Shown: piece by piece, positions 19,093 through 28,016 of the stretch
How the letters are laid out: the number at the start of each line of letters is the position of its first letter
How positions within the stretch are numbered: the stretch's first letter is position 1
Assembly (NCBI GenBank): GCA_963782015.1
Contig: CAWAHY010000004.1
Span: forward strand, 468,166 to 532,165
DNA length: 64,000 bases
Origin: an uncultured Chloroflexia bacterium
GTDB taxonomy: Bacteria > Chloroflexota > Limnocylindria > QHBO01
Reading direction: 5' to 3'
Program-made: the position numbers and the translations under genes
The notes under the pieces: generated by a model
What the model was told of the DNA's origin: nothing
The model's input: the letters and a program-made list of their open reading frames with translations, nothing else
Databases searched by the model: none

Positions 19093-21959
19093 CCGGAGGC
19101 CAGCCCGAGCGCATCGGAGGCGCGCAGCCAGTAGCCGGCCCACACTCCGTTGGTGACGTAGAACCAGGTCCCCGCCTGGTTGGTGAGGGTGGTGCTGCGG
19201 GCGCTGGTGGCGGCGCCGGAGTCGTTGGCCAGGGTGTAGGTCTTGGAGGCGGTGAGGGCGCCCGTGCTGCTGAACTGGTAGCCGGTGTGGGTGCCCTTGC
19301 GGAAGAGCAGCTGCACGGTCGGGCTGAAGGTGGCGTTGGCACCACCCGGGGCGCTGATCGGGGTGGCGGCCACATACAGCACGCTCGACTGGCGCAGCCA
19401 GTAGCCGGCCCACACCCCATTGGTGATGTACAGCCAGCTGCCCGACTGGTTGGTGAGGGTGGCGCGCTGACTGGTGGCCGCGCCGGAGTCCTTGGTCAGG
19501 GTGTAGCTCTTGGAGGCGGTCACCGCGCCGCTGCTGCTGAACTGGTAGCCGGTGTGGGTGCCCATCTTGAACAGCACCTGGACCGCCGGGCTGAAGGTGG
19601 TCGACCCGCTGGGCGGCGGCGCGGTCCCCCAGGTGGTAAAGCTCCAGCTGGTTGGCGCGAGCGCTCCCCCCTCAACCCCACCGATGGCCGAGGTGAGGGC
19701 CACGGTGTAGGTCGTCCCCTGCTGGAGCTGGGCCGATGGGTGAAGCGTGAACTGTCGGCTCTCGCCGTCGTTGGTCACGATGGCCGGGACGGCGGTCCCG
19801 TCAGGGCGCCGCAGCATGAACGACGCGGTGCCGACGCCGGCGACCACCCGGTCGAACTGAACCGCCGGCTGGACCGCCACCGACACCACCGAGGCGTTGG
19901 CGACCGGGTAGCTGCCGACCAGCGCGGGGGTCACGTCGAAGCCGGTCGCGCCCGGGACCATGGCGATCGTGTTGGGAGCCGAGGCGGCGCTCAGGTACGC
20001 CGTTCCCCCGCTGCCAGCCGCGACCCACCCGATCTGCGGGTAGGCGGCGGAAGGCCACTCGCCAAAGCCGAACTGGACCTGGTACCACTGGTAGCCGCCA
20101 GCGTCGATCGGGCCGGCGAGGACCGCGACCAGGTCGCCCGCAGTCAGGACGGAAGCCACGCCGAAGGTCGTGCCTGCCCCGGAGCGGACGTTCAGGGCGT
20201 CCGCCCCGATGACGGCGAACCCTCCCGCGGCGAGGACCGTCCCCGGGTCGGGGGCGGCCGCCTGCCAGGGCTGGGCGTTGCCCTTGAAATCGACCGCCGC
20301 GACGCGAAACTCATAGCTGTGCCCGGCCACGCCGGCGAAGGTGGCGCTCGTGGCAGTGGTGGCGGTAAGCCAGCCGACCCAGTTCGATCGCGACCGGTCG
20401 CGCACCTGGACCGTGTAGGACTTCACGCCGGAGCCGACGTCGGTCGCCGCCCAGCGGACGGTGATCGAGGTGGCATCGGTCTCGGAGGGGAGGTCCCCGA
20501 TGCCGCCCGAGGGCGGGGTCGTGTCGCTCGCGAACTTGCCGGCGATCAGGGTCCAGAGGGCGTTGTCGCCCTCGTCCATCAGGAGGGTCCAGATGCCGGT
20601 CCCCGCGAGATCCCGCTGGTTGACCATGTCCCACTTCGCCCCGAGCGAGACGGCGTCGTCGTAGTAGCCCTCGACCCAGGTGGCGGCAGTGCTGTCGTAA
20701 TAGGCGAACCAGGGCACCTTCCCGACGTCGTCCCAGCGGCGGCCATGGGTCGTCGCCAGGGTGCGAGCGCCAGAGTAGTAGTAGGCCTTCGAGGCGCCCG
20801 ATGCCCCCGCCCGCGTGGGCGCGTTCAGGTCGCCGGTCGTGGTCTGCCAGGTGCGACCGTAATAGGGCACGCCCCAGATGACCTTGCCGGCCGGCACCGT
20901 GGCGAGGTAGTCGTCGACCGCCTCGCCGACGTCGAGGATGTAGGGCGAGTCCATCGGCGCCACGCCGCCAGCACGGGCGGATCCTGACCAGCTGAAGTCG
21001 TAGCCCATCACGAAGAGCGCGTCTGCCGCCCCCGCTGCGGTCAGGCCGACCAGGTCGTACCCACTCGCCCAGGTGGCGGCGCCGGCCGTGGTGTCAACCG
21101 TCAGGTAGGAACCTACCCCGGCGGAGGCGAGCCCGGCCTTCAGCTGCCTCACGAAGCTGGTGTACTGGTCCCGGAGCGTGGTGCTGACCGGCTCGAAGTC
21201 GAGGTTTACCCCATCGGCAGCGCGGTTGCGGACCGCCTCGACGATCGCGTTCACAAGGGTTGAGCGCGCCGTGGCATTGCCCAGGAGGGCCGCCTGGGCC
21301 TGGGCCGAGGCGCTGTCCCAGGCCATCATCGTGACGGTCAGCACGACCCGTACGCCGCGGGCGTGGGCCGAGTTGATCACGCCGGTCATGGCGCTCGAGT
21401 TCCACCCGCCCCAGCCGGCCGTCGTGGAGCCGCCGCTCGTCATGGCCAGGGTACCGTCGGCGCGGGCCGCGACGCCGAAGTAGGCGATGCTGGTGACGAG
21501 CTGGTACTGCATCCACTGGAGCGACGCGGCGTCGAGCTGCCAGTAGGGCAGGAACCCGAAGACCTCCTTCCGCATCCCGTTCGGCAGGGTCGCTCCGGCG
21601 GCCAGCGTTGCGGCGGCGCCCGATGGATCAGCGAGTTCGAGCGGCACGACCGATGCCTCACCGCCGAGTGGCGCGAGCGCGGCCAGCGCCTCGTTCCGTG
21701 CGCGCGGACGCTCGCCGGGAACGAACGTGATCCGGTCGCCGGCGTGCGCGGCCAGCATCTCGGCCTGCACCGAGGCCTCGTGGACCGAGGCGGGCTTGAC
21801 CGGAAGCACCCGGCCGTCGGGCAGTGCGATGGGGCCATCGCTGCGCAGGGGCGGGATCGGCGTGCCCGGCGGCCCTCCGCCGAGGGCGGCCGAGGGGGCC
21901 AACGCGGCGCCAGCCAGGAAGAGGCCGGCAGTGACGAGGGCGAGGAATCGACGCATCAA
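19089..21959 (-). CDS. secreted multidomain protein: GH18 glycoside hydrolase + FN3 + SH3b + Ig-like domain + 2 copies of an unrecognised ~80-aa C-terminal repeat
   Basis: Signal peptide ([27 protein letters not shown]). GH18 core (VFGFLPYW ... [13 protein letters not shown] ... DGVNLDFEP ... MGYDFSW). FN3-like segment ([23 protein letters not shown]...[13 protein letters not shown]). SH3b-like segment ([25 protein letters not shown]...YQWYQVQ). Ig-like segment. Two C-terminal repeats ([21 protein letters not shown]...[10 protein letters not shown]). Confidence 0.7.
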   Translation of the reverse strand: MMRRFLALVTAGLFLAGAALAPSAALGGGPPGTPIPPLRSDGPIALPDGRVLPVKPASVHEASVQAEMLAAHAGDRITFVPGERPRARNEALAALAPLGGEASVVPLELADPSGAAATLAAGATLPNGMRKEVFGFLPYWQLDAASLQWMQYQLVTSIAYFGVAARADGTLAMTSGGSTTAGWGGWNSSAMTGVINSAHARGVRVVLTVTMMAWDSASAQAQAALLGNATARSTLVNAIVEAVRNRAADGVNLDFEPVSTTLRDQYTSFVRQLKAGLASAGVGSYLTVDTTAGAATWASGYDLVGLTAAGAADALFVMGYDFSWSGSARAGGVAPMDSPYILDVGEAVDDYLATVPAGKVIWGVPYYGRTWQTTTGDLNAPTRAGASGASKAYYYSGARTLATTHGRRWDDVGKVPWFAYYDSTAATWVEGYYDDAVSLGAKWDMVNQRDLAGTGIWTLLMDEGDNALWTLIAGKFASDTTPPSGGIGDLPSETDATSITVRWAATDVGSGVKSYTVQVRDRSRSNWVGWLTATTATSATFAGVAGHSYEFRVAAVDFKGNAQPWQAAAPDPGTVLAAGGFAVIGADALNVRSGAGTTFGVASVLTAGDLVAVLAGPIDAGGYQWYQVQFGFGEWPSAAYPQIGWVAAGSGGTAYLSAASAPNTIAMVPGATGFDVTPALVGSYPVANASVVSVAVQPAVQFDRVVAGVGTASFMLRRPDGTAVPAIVTNDGESRQFTLHPSAQLQQGTTYTVALTSAIGGVEGGALAPTSWSFTTWGTAPPPSGSTTFSPAVQVLFKMGTHTGYQFSSSGAVTASKSYTLTKDSGAATSQRATLTNQSGSWLYITNGVWAGYWLRQSSVLYVAATPISAPGGANATFSPTVQLLFRKGTHTGYQFSSTGALTASKTYTLANDSGAATSARSTTLTNQAGTWFYVTNGVWAGYWLRASDALGLASG
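19092..19620 (-). repeat. protein-level tandem repeat (2 x ~80 aa) at the C-terminus of the GH18 protein, paralogous to 22106-22620
   Basis: The two copies share FxP(T/A)VQ(L/V)LF(K/R)(M/K)[10 protein letters not shown](S/T)GA(V/L)TASK(S/T)YTL..DSGAATS.R....NQ(S/A)G(S/T)W(L/F)Y(I/V)[11 protein letters not shown]. Boundaries are approximate. Confidence 0.6.
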
Positions 21960-22102
21960 GCGGGTTGACCAGCTGCGGGTTCAGGACATCCGCGGCGCCC
22001 GACTGAGGCGACCACGTCCCTCCTCACCCTACCGAACCGCTCTGCTCCGGACCATGGTACCGATGGCCCGTCTCGATAGCCCGAACGAAGGAGGCGCCCT
22101 GG

Positions 22103-23893
22103 CTAGCTCGAGGCCAGCATGACGACGTCCGTGCTCCGCACCCAGTAGCCCGCCCAGACGCCGTTGGTAACGTAGAACCAGGTTCCCGACTGGTAGGCGA
22201 GTGCCGCGCGGCTGCTGGTGGCGGCACCGGAGTCGTTGGTCAGGGTGTAGCTCTTTTCGGCTGTCATCGCCCCGGTGCTCGGGTTGAACTTGTAGCCCGT
22301 GTGGACGCCCTTCTTGAAGAGGAGCTGGACGGTGGGATTCCAGTTGGCGTTGGGTGCCGGCGAAGCGCCGACCGGTGCCACCGCCACGTACAGGACGCTC
22401 GACTCTCGCACCCAGTAGCCGGCCCACACCCCATTGGTGATGTACAGCCAGTTGCCCGACTGGTTGGCGACCGGCGTTCGCGTGCTGGTCGCGGCCCCGG
22501 AGTCCTTGGTCAGCGTAAAGCTCTTTGATGCGGTCACCCCACCGGTGGTGCTGAACTTGTAGCCGGTGTGTGTACCCATCTTGAAGATGACCTGTGTCGG
22601 CGGGCTGTAGGTGGTCGGCCCGCTTGAGGGCGGCGGCGGGGTCCCTGCGGTGGTGAAGCTCCAGCTCGTCGGGACGAGCTGACCGCCCTCGACGCCGGAG
22701 ATGGCCGCGGTCAGCGAGATCGTGAAGGTCGTGCCCGCCTCCAACGCCGCCGAGGGATGCAGCGTGAACTGCATGGAATTGCCGTTGTTCGTCACCACCG
22801 CCGCCACGTTTGTGCCGTTGGGCCGGCGCATCACGAACGAGCCGGTTCCAACCCCAGAGACGACGCGGTCGAACTGGACACCCGGCTGGACGGCCGTCGA
22901 CACCCCCGTGCTGCCCGAGGTCGGATAGCTGCCGACCACGGCGGGTGTCGGAACGGCCGGTGGCGACGGCTCCGTGTACGCCACCGTGTTGCCGGATGGG
23001 GTCAGGTCGGGCGTGCCGGCGTACGCGAAGAAGTAGTTGCCGCTCGTCGGGCTGCCGGTGTTCTGGATCCAGATGCGCTTGCCCGGGAGGTCAGGGTGCG
23101 CGAAGTGCCGCTGTCGGTAGAGGTCGTAGCCGTGGGCCCGTTCCGCGAGCTCACCGAACGCCATGTCCGGGTTCTCGAGGATGTCCTCGACCAGGGGCTG
23201 CGAGCCCATGTCGGTGGCGAAGTAGGCGCCGGCCCCGAGCAGGAGCGCGGGATAGCTGTAGTTCTTCACGCGCGCCAGGGCGACCGACTCGGTGGCCGGG
23301 ACGTCGGAGCCCTCGCTCGCGCCGGGGGCGTAGCAGGCGTTGGAGTAGACCATCACCCAGTTGGGGGCCGGGGTGATCCCGTCGGTATTCGTGCTGCCGC
23401 CGCAGTAGCTCCACTGGGCCGAGCTGGCCGAGGTGAGCGTCCCGAGGAGTGCCTTCTCGCCGCAGTAGACCATCGTGGTCGACCAGTTGTCGGTGTCGCC
23501 GCCCGAAGTGGTCCGGTTGAGGCCCCAGCCGTTGTCGCGATCGGTCGGCTCGGTGGTGTTGTAGGGATTGGGGAAGCCGTTGCCGTGGCCGAGGTAGACG
23601 ACGACGTTGGCGCCGTTGACCGCCGCCTTGACGTTGGCCCACGTCGCGCTCGGGGAGTAGACCTTGACCACCGTCGCGCCGGCGGCCTCGGCCGAGGTCG
23701 CGATGTCGTCCCCCTTCGAGCGGTAGCTGGCGGTCTGTGCCCCGGTGGGGCCAACGATGATGACGACCTTCTGAGCAACGACCGCTCCGACCGGCGCCAC
23801 GGCCAGCTGCGACGCGATGAGCGTCAGGGCTGCGATGAGGGCTGATCGGAAGCGGTTGCGCAACGGGCTCTCCTGGTGGCATGCCGGCGGCAT
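22103..23893 (-). CDS. secreted protein: N-terminal domain with a His...Cys pair reminiscent of clan-CD (caspase/clostripain-like) peptidases + Ig-like domain + 2 copies of the same ~80-aa repeat
   Basis: Signal peptide (ALIAALTLIASQLAVAPVGA). N-domain has hydrophobic strands ending in VVVYLGHGNGF and MVYSNACYAPG. The Ig-like segment is ~55% identical to that of the GH18 neighbour. C-terminal repeats are [31 protein letters not shown]...[10 protein letters not shown] and WNPTVQLLFKKGVHTGYKFNPSTGAMTAEKSY...[10 protein letters not shown]. Confidence 0.6.
   Translation of the reverse strand: MPPACHQESPLRNRFRSALIAALTLIASQLAVAPVGAVVAQKVVIIVGPTGAQTASYRSKGDDIATSAEAAGATVVKVYSPSATWANVKAAVNGANVVVYLGHGNGFPNPYNTTEPTDRDNGWGLNRTTSGGDTDNWSTTMVYCGEKALLGTLTSASSAQWSYCGGSTNTDGITPAPNWVMVYSNACYAPGASEGSDVPATESVALARVKNYSYPALLLGAGAYFATDMGSQPLVEDILENPDMAFGELAERAHGYDLYRQRHFAHPDLPGKRIWIQNTGSPTSGNYFFAYAGTPDLTPSGNTVAYTEPSPPAVPTPAVVGSYPTSGSTGVSTAVQPGVQFDRVVSGVGTGSFVMRRPNGTNVAAVVTNNGNSMQFTLHPSAALEAGTTFTISLTAAISGVEGGQLVPTSWSFTTAGTPPPPSSGPTTYSPPTQVIFKMGTHTGYKFSTTGGVTASKSFTLTKDSGAATSTRTPVANQSGNWLYITNGVWAGYWVRESSVLYVAVAPVGASPAPNANWNPTVQLLFKKGVHTGYKFNPSTGAMTAEKSYTLTNDSGAATSSRAALAYQSGTWFYVTNGVWAGYWVRSTDVVMLASS
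22106..22620 (-). repeat. protein-level tandem repeat (2 x ~80 aa), paralogous to 19092-19620
   Basis: Same module as in the GH18 neighbour. Spurious antisense or frameshifted ORFs over both regions translate into similar junk ([13 protein letters not shown]... vs MGRLLGARVERPV...), which shows nucleotide-level similarity. Confidence 0.6.
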
Positions 23894-24015
23894 GGGCCGG
23901 CGCGGGCGTTCTCTGTCCGGCTCCCACCGTACCGAGCCTGTTCAGCGGTGCCCATGCCCCGTTGGTCCGCGGGCGGCCCGACGATGGGGCCATGTGCGTG
24001 GACGCAACCCCCGCC

Positions 24016-24885
24016 CTAGTCCTGGGCGAAGTGCCGCACCACCAGCAGCCGTTCGATCTCGGGAAACGCGACCGACGGGAGCACGAAGGCGGTTTGGGTG
24101 AGGCCGTCGGAGTCCAGCTCGACGGCCTGGACGGTGCCGATCAACAGGCCCTTCGGGTACGGGCTGCGGCCTATCCCCGAGCCTCCCCCATCGGTGAGGG
24201 TCAGGCCAGCGCTCACGATCGTGTCGCCCACCGCCAGGTCGTCGGTGGCGCGCACCTGGACCATCATCAGCTGGCCGCCGAGCTGTCCCTGCACCAGGCC
24301 CAGCGCCCGCGTCTGCTGGTCCAGCGCCACCACGCTCGAGCGTGCGTCGACGACGAACCGGACCGTGGCCGAGTCCGAGCCGACCCCGACCACGCTCCCG
24401 GCCAGCGCGCCACGCCCGTCGGCCGCCGCCACCACCGGCATGCCGATCCGCACGCCGTCATTGCTTCCGGCGTCGATCCCGACCTCCCAGGTGAGGTTGC
24501 TCGGGTCGCGGCCCTCGATGCGCACCGGGAGGAGGTCCATCTCCAGGGTCGTGGTCAGCCCAAGGAGGCCGCGCAGCTCGGCATTCTCGGCGGCCGCCTC
24601 GCGCAGCTCGGCCAGGCGAGCCTCGGCGCTGGCCAGCTCGCGGCGCAGCCGGTCGTTCTCGGAGCGCAGCCGGTCGATCTCGCCGATGGCGGTGAAGACT
24701 CCCGCGATCCCGGAGCCGACGCCGGCGAGCGCCCCCCGAACCGGGTCGAGGGCGCGCGCGGTGACCTCCTGAAGGGTCAGCGCCGGCCCCGTGCGCGAGG
24801 CGAGCAGGAGGAGCAGCGAGATGACCGTCCCGGTGGCGAACCAGAGGCCGGCCCGCGACCGCCGGTGCGGACTGCCGTCGAGCAT
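24016..24885 (-). CDS. mreC: rod shape-determining protein MreC
   Basis: N-terminal TM helix, then coiled coil (RLRSENDRLRRELASAEARLAELREAAAENAELRGLLGL), then beta-rich C-domain. 289 aa. Confidence 0.8.
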   Translation of the reverse strand: MLDGSPHRRSRAGLWFATGTVISLLLLLASRTGPALTLQEVTARALDPVRGALAGVGSGIAGVFTAIGEIDRLRSENDRLRRELASAEARLAELREAAAENAELRGLLGLTTTLEMDLLPVRIEGRDPSNLTWEVGIDAGSNDGVRIGMPVVAAADGRGALAGSVVGVGSDSATVRFVVDARSSVVALDQQTRALGLVQGQLGGQLMMVQVRATDDLAVGDTIVSAGLTLTDGGGSGIGRSPYPKGLLIGTVQAVELDSDGLTQTAFVLPSVAFPEIERLLVVRHFAQD

Positions 24886-24909
24886 GCTGCCAACCGCTCC
24901 CGTGCGCGC

Positions 24910-25965
24910 CTAGCGCGGCGCGCGGGAGAACTGCTCGCTGACCATCACTCGCTCGAGGGTGTCGAGCTCCTCGAGCACCTTGCCGCAGCCGCGCACGACA
25001 CAGGTGAGGGGATCGTCGGCCACGTGGACCGGCATCTGGGTCGCCTCGGCGACCCGCTTGTCGAGTCCGATCAGCAGCGCCCCGCCCCCGGCCAGCACGA
25101 TCCCCTGGTCCATGATGTCGGCCACCAGCTCGGGCGGCGTCTCCTCGATCGTCTCCTTGATCGCGTCGATGATCTGCACCACCGACGGCTCGAGCGCCTC
25201 GCGGATCTGGTCGCTGCTCACCTCGACGCCACGTGGCAGGCCGGTGAGCAGGTCCCGCCCGCGGAAGGTGACGGTGCGCGGGTTCGGCATCGGATAGGCG
25301 GACCCGACCGCGATCTTGATCTCCTCCGCCGTCCGCTCGCCCATCAGCAGGTTGTACTCCCGCCGCGCGAAGCTGACGATGTCCGTGTCCATCTCGTCGC
25401 CGCCGATCCGGATCGAGCGGCTCACCACGATGCCGCCGAGGCTGATGACCGCCACCTCGGTCGTGCCGCCGCCGATGTCCACGATCAGCGAGCCGGTCGG
25501 CTCGCTGACCGGCAGGCCGGCACCGATGGCGGCCGCCATCGGCTCCTCGATCAGGCGCGCCCAGCGCGCCCCGGCGTTGAGCGTTGCGTCTCGCACTGCC
25601 CGCTTCTCAACCTCGGTCACGCCGGAGGGGATGCCGACCAGGACTCGCGGGCGGGGGATGCGGGCGTATCGGTCGTGCACCTTCTGGATGAAGTACCGGA
25701 TCATCTGCTCGGTCACGTCGAAGTCGCTGATCACCCCGTCGCGCAGGGGGCGGACGGCCACGATGTTGGCCGGCGTGCGCCCGACCATCCGCTTCGCCTC
25801 GGCGCCGATCGCGAGCACGCGCTTGGTGCGGGTATCCATGGCGACCACGCTCGGCTCGGAGATCACGATCCCGCGATGTCGCACGGTGACGAGCGTGTTT
25901 GCGGTGCCGAGGTCGATGCCGACGTCGTGCGAGAGCAGCCCGAGCAGGCCGTCGAAGATGCCCAC
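24910..25965 (-). CDS. mreB: rod shape-determining actin homologue MreB
   Basis: GIFDGLLGLLSHDVGIDLGTANTLV ... VAVRPLRDGVISDFDVTEQMIRYFI ... DIGGGTTEVAVISLGGIV. GTG start at 25965 is preceded by GGAGG at a 4-nt spacer. The upstream part of the 429-aa ORF is treated as non-coding. Confidence 0.9.
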   Translation of the reverse strand: MGIFDGLLGLLSHDVGIDLGTANTLVTVRHRGIVISEPSVVAMDTRTKRVLAIGAEAKRMVGRTPANIVAVRPLRDGVISDFDVTEQMIRYFIQKVHDRYARIPRPRVLVGIPSGVTEVEKRAVRDATLNAGARWARLIEEPMAAAIGAGLPVSEPTGSLIVDIGGGTTEVAVISLGGIVVSRSIRIGGDEMDTDIVSFARREYNLLMGERTAEEIKIAVGSAYPMPNPRTVTFRGRDLLTGLPRGVEVSSDQIREALEPSVVQIIDAIKETIEETPPELVADIMDQGIVLAGGGALLIGLDKRVAEATQMPVHVADDPLTCVVRGCGKVLEELDTLERVMVSEQFSRAPR

Positions 25966-26082
25966 GGTGCCTCCGGCAGATGGTGCCGATGCGGTGGAGT
26001 TGAGGGTGCGTGAAGGATGACGGATCGGCCACTCCCCGGCAACGGGCTTCCGGCGCCCATTCGTCCCGGTAAGGTGTAGCCC

Positions 26083-28016
26083 ATGCCGCAGCCCCCCGCG
26101 AGTGACCCCGCCAAGCTCGCCGTCGAGCCGTCCGACGACGACCTGCGGCAGCTCGCCGCGGGAACGCATCCGCGGCCATGGAGCGTGCTCGGTGCGCACG
26201 TCACGGGGCCGGCGGGGCTGGATGGGACGCGGTTCGCCGTGTGGGCGCCGAACGCCAGATCGGTGAGCCTCGCGCCCGGCGACGACCGGGCGAGTCGCGT
26301 CCCCATGCGTCGCCTCGGCGACTCCGGCGTCTGGGCCTGCTTCGCGCCATCGCTCGGCGCAGGCGAACGCTACCGATACGCCGTGATCGGGTCGGATGGC
26401 AGAGCCACGCTGCGCGCCGACCCGATGGCCCGCTGGACCGAGCTGCGCCCGGGCACCGCATCACGGGTCGCCGGTCCGGTGTCCCATGCCTGGGGCGACG
26501 CCGACTGGCTGGCGGCGCGACGCTCGACCGACCTCCATCGGGCGCCGATGCGGATCTACGAGGTGCACCTCGGCTCGTGGCGCCGCCGGGCGGATGGTGG
26601 CTGGCTGTCGTACCGCGAGATCGGCCCGCTGCTGACGGAGCACTGTCGCCGGCTCGGCTTCACCCACGTCGAGCTGATGCCGATCGCGGAGCATCCCTTC
26701 GACGGCTCGTGGGGCTACCAGGTGACCGCCTACTACGCCCCGACCTCGCGCCACGGAAGCCCCGACGACCTGCGCTCGATGATCGACGAGCTGCATCGGG
26801 CCGGGATCGGCGTGATCCTGGACTGGGTGCCGGCCCACTTCCCGCGCGACGAGCACGCGCTGGGGCGCTTCGACGGCACGGCGCTGTACGAGCACCCCGA
26901 CCCGATGCGCGGCGCGCATCCGGACTGGGGGACGCTGATCTTCGACTTCGGGCGGCCGGTGGTGCGCAACTTCCTGATCGGCAACGCCCTCTTCTGGCTC
27001 GAGGAGTTCCACGTGGACGCCCTGCGGGTCGACGCGGTCGCCTCGATGCTCTACCTCGACTATTCGCGGCGGCCCGGGCAGTGGCGGCCGAACGCGCTCG
27101 GGGGGCGCGAGAACCTGGAGGCGATCGCGTTCATCCGCGAGCTCAACGACCGCGTCCACGAGGCGTTCCCGGACGTGATCACGGTCGCCGAGGAGTCGAC
27201 CGCCTTCGACGGCGTGAGCCGCCCCACCGCGGACGGCGGCCTCGGCTTCGACCTGAAGTGGGACATGGGCTGGATGCACGACACGCTCGACTACTTCGCC
27301 CGCAGGCCGGAGTGGCGGGGCACGCATCGGCACCGCATCACCTTCCGGGGCGTCTACCTGCGCTCCGAGCGCTGGGTCCTGCCGCTCTCCCACGACGAGG
27401 TGGTCCACCTCAAGCGCTCGCTGCTTGGACGGATGCCCGGCACGCCGGCGCAGCGCTTCGCCAGCCTCCGCTCGCTGCTCGCCAACCAGGTCGGGCAGCC
27501 GGGCAAGAAGCTCCTCTTCATGGGGACCGAGCTGGCACCGGCCGGGGAGTGGAACCACGACCTCGAGCTCCCGTGGGCAGGCCGCCGAGGGTGACCCGCT
27601 GCGCGCCGGACTGGACCGCTGCGTCGCCGACCTCGGCGCGCTGTATCGGGCCTCCCCGGCACTCTGGGAGGCGGACGAGGATCCGGCGGGCTTCGCCTGG
27701 ATCGACATCGGCGACCGGGATGGCACCACCTTTGCCTGGCTCCGACGCGGCTCGACGGCGAGCGGCGGAACGGACCTGCTGGTCGTCGTCCAGAACCTGG
27801 GCGCGGCGCCTCGGCGGCGCTACTGGCTCGGCCTCCCGGTCGAGGGCCGCTGGCGTGCGGCGCTCAACACCGATGACCGTCGATACGGCGGCGCGAGCCC
27901 GACCCGGCGCCAGGCCGATCGTGGCCGCGCCGGTCCCGCTGGGCGGCATGCCGGCATCGGCGGTTCTCAGCCTCCCCGCGCTCGGGACCCTCTTCCTTCG
28001 CCCCGAGGCGGGCTAG
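26083..28016 (+). CDS. glgB: 1,4-alpha-glucan branching enzyme GlgB, frame interrupted twice near the 3' end
   Basis: ORF 26083-27594 holds the CBM48 and GH13 catalytic core (YEVHLGSW ... GVILDWVPAHFPRDEHAL ... HVDALRVDAVASMLYLDYSR ... ITVAEEST ... FMGTELAPAGEWNHDLELPW). The C-terminal ~140 aa continue first in the frame of ORF 27425.. (QAAEGDPLRAGLDRCVADLGALYR...LLVVVQNLG...). The final stretch is in the frame of ORF 26178-28016 (...PIVAAPVPLGGMPASAVLSLPALGTLFLRPEAG*). Switches lie near 27575 and near 27910. Confidence 0.8.

Noticed and set aside
17362-19413. 683-aa minus-strand ORF as a single large protein
   Set aside because: Only the C-terminal 244 aa (RNase PH) are protein-like. The N-terminal 440 aa are R/P/G-rich junk antisense to the GT1 gene and to the 3' end of the GH18 gene.
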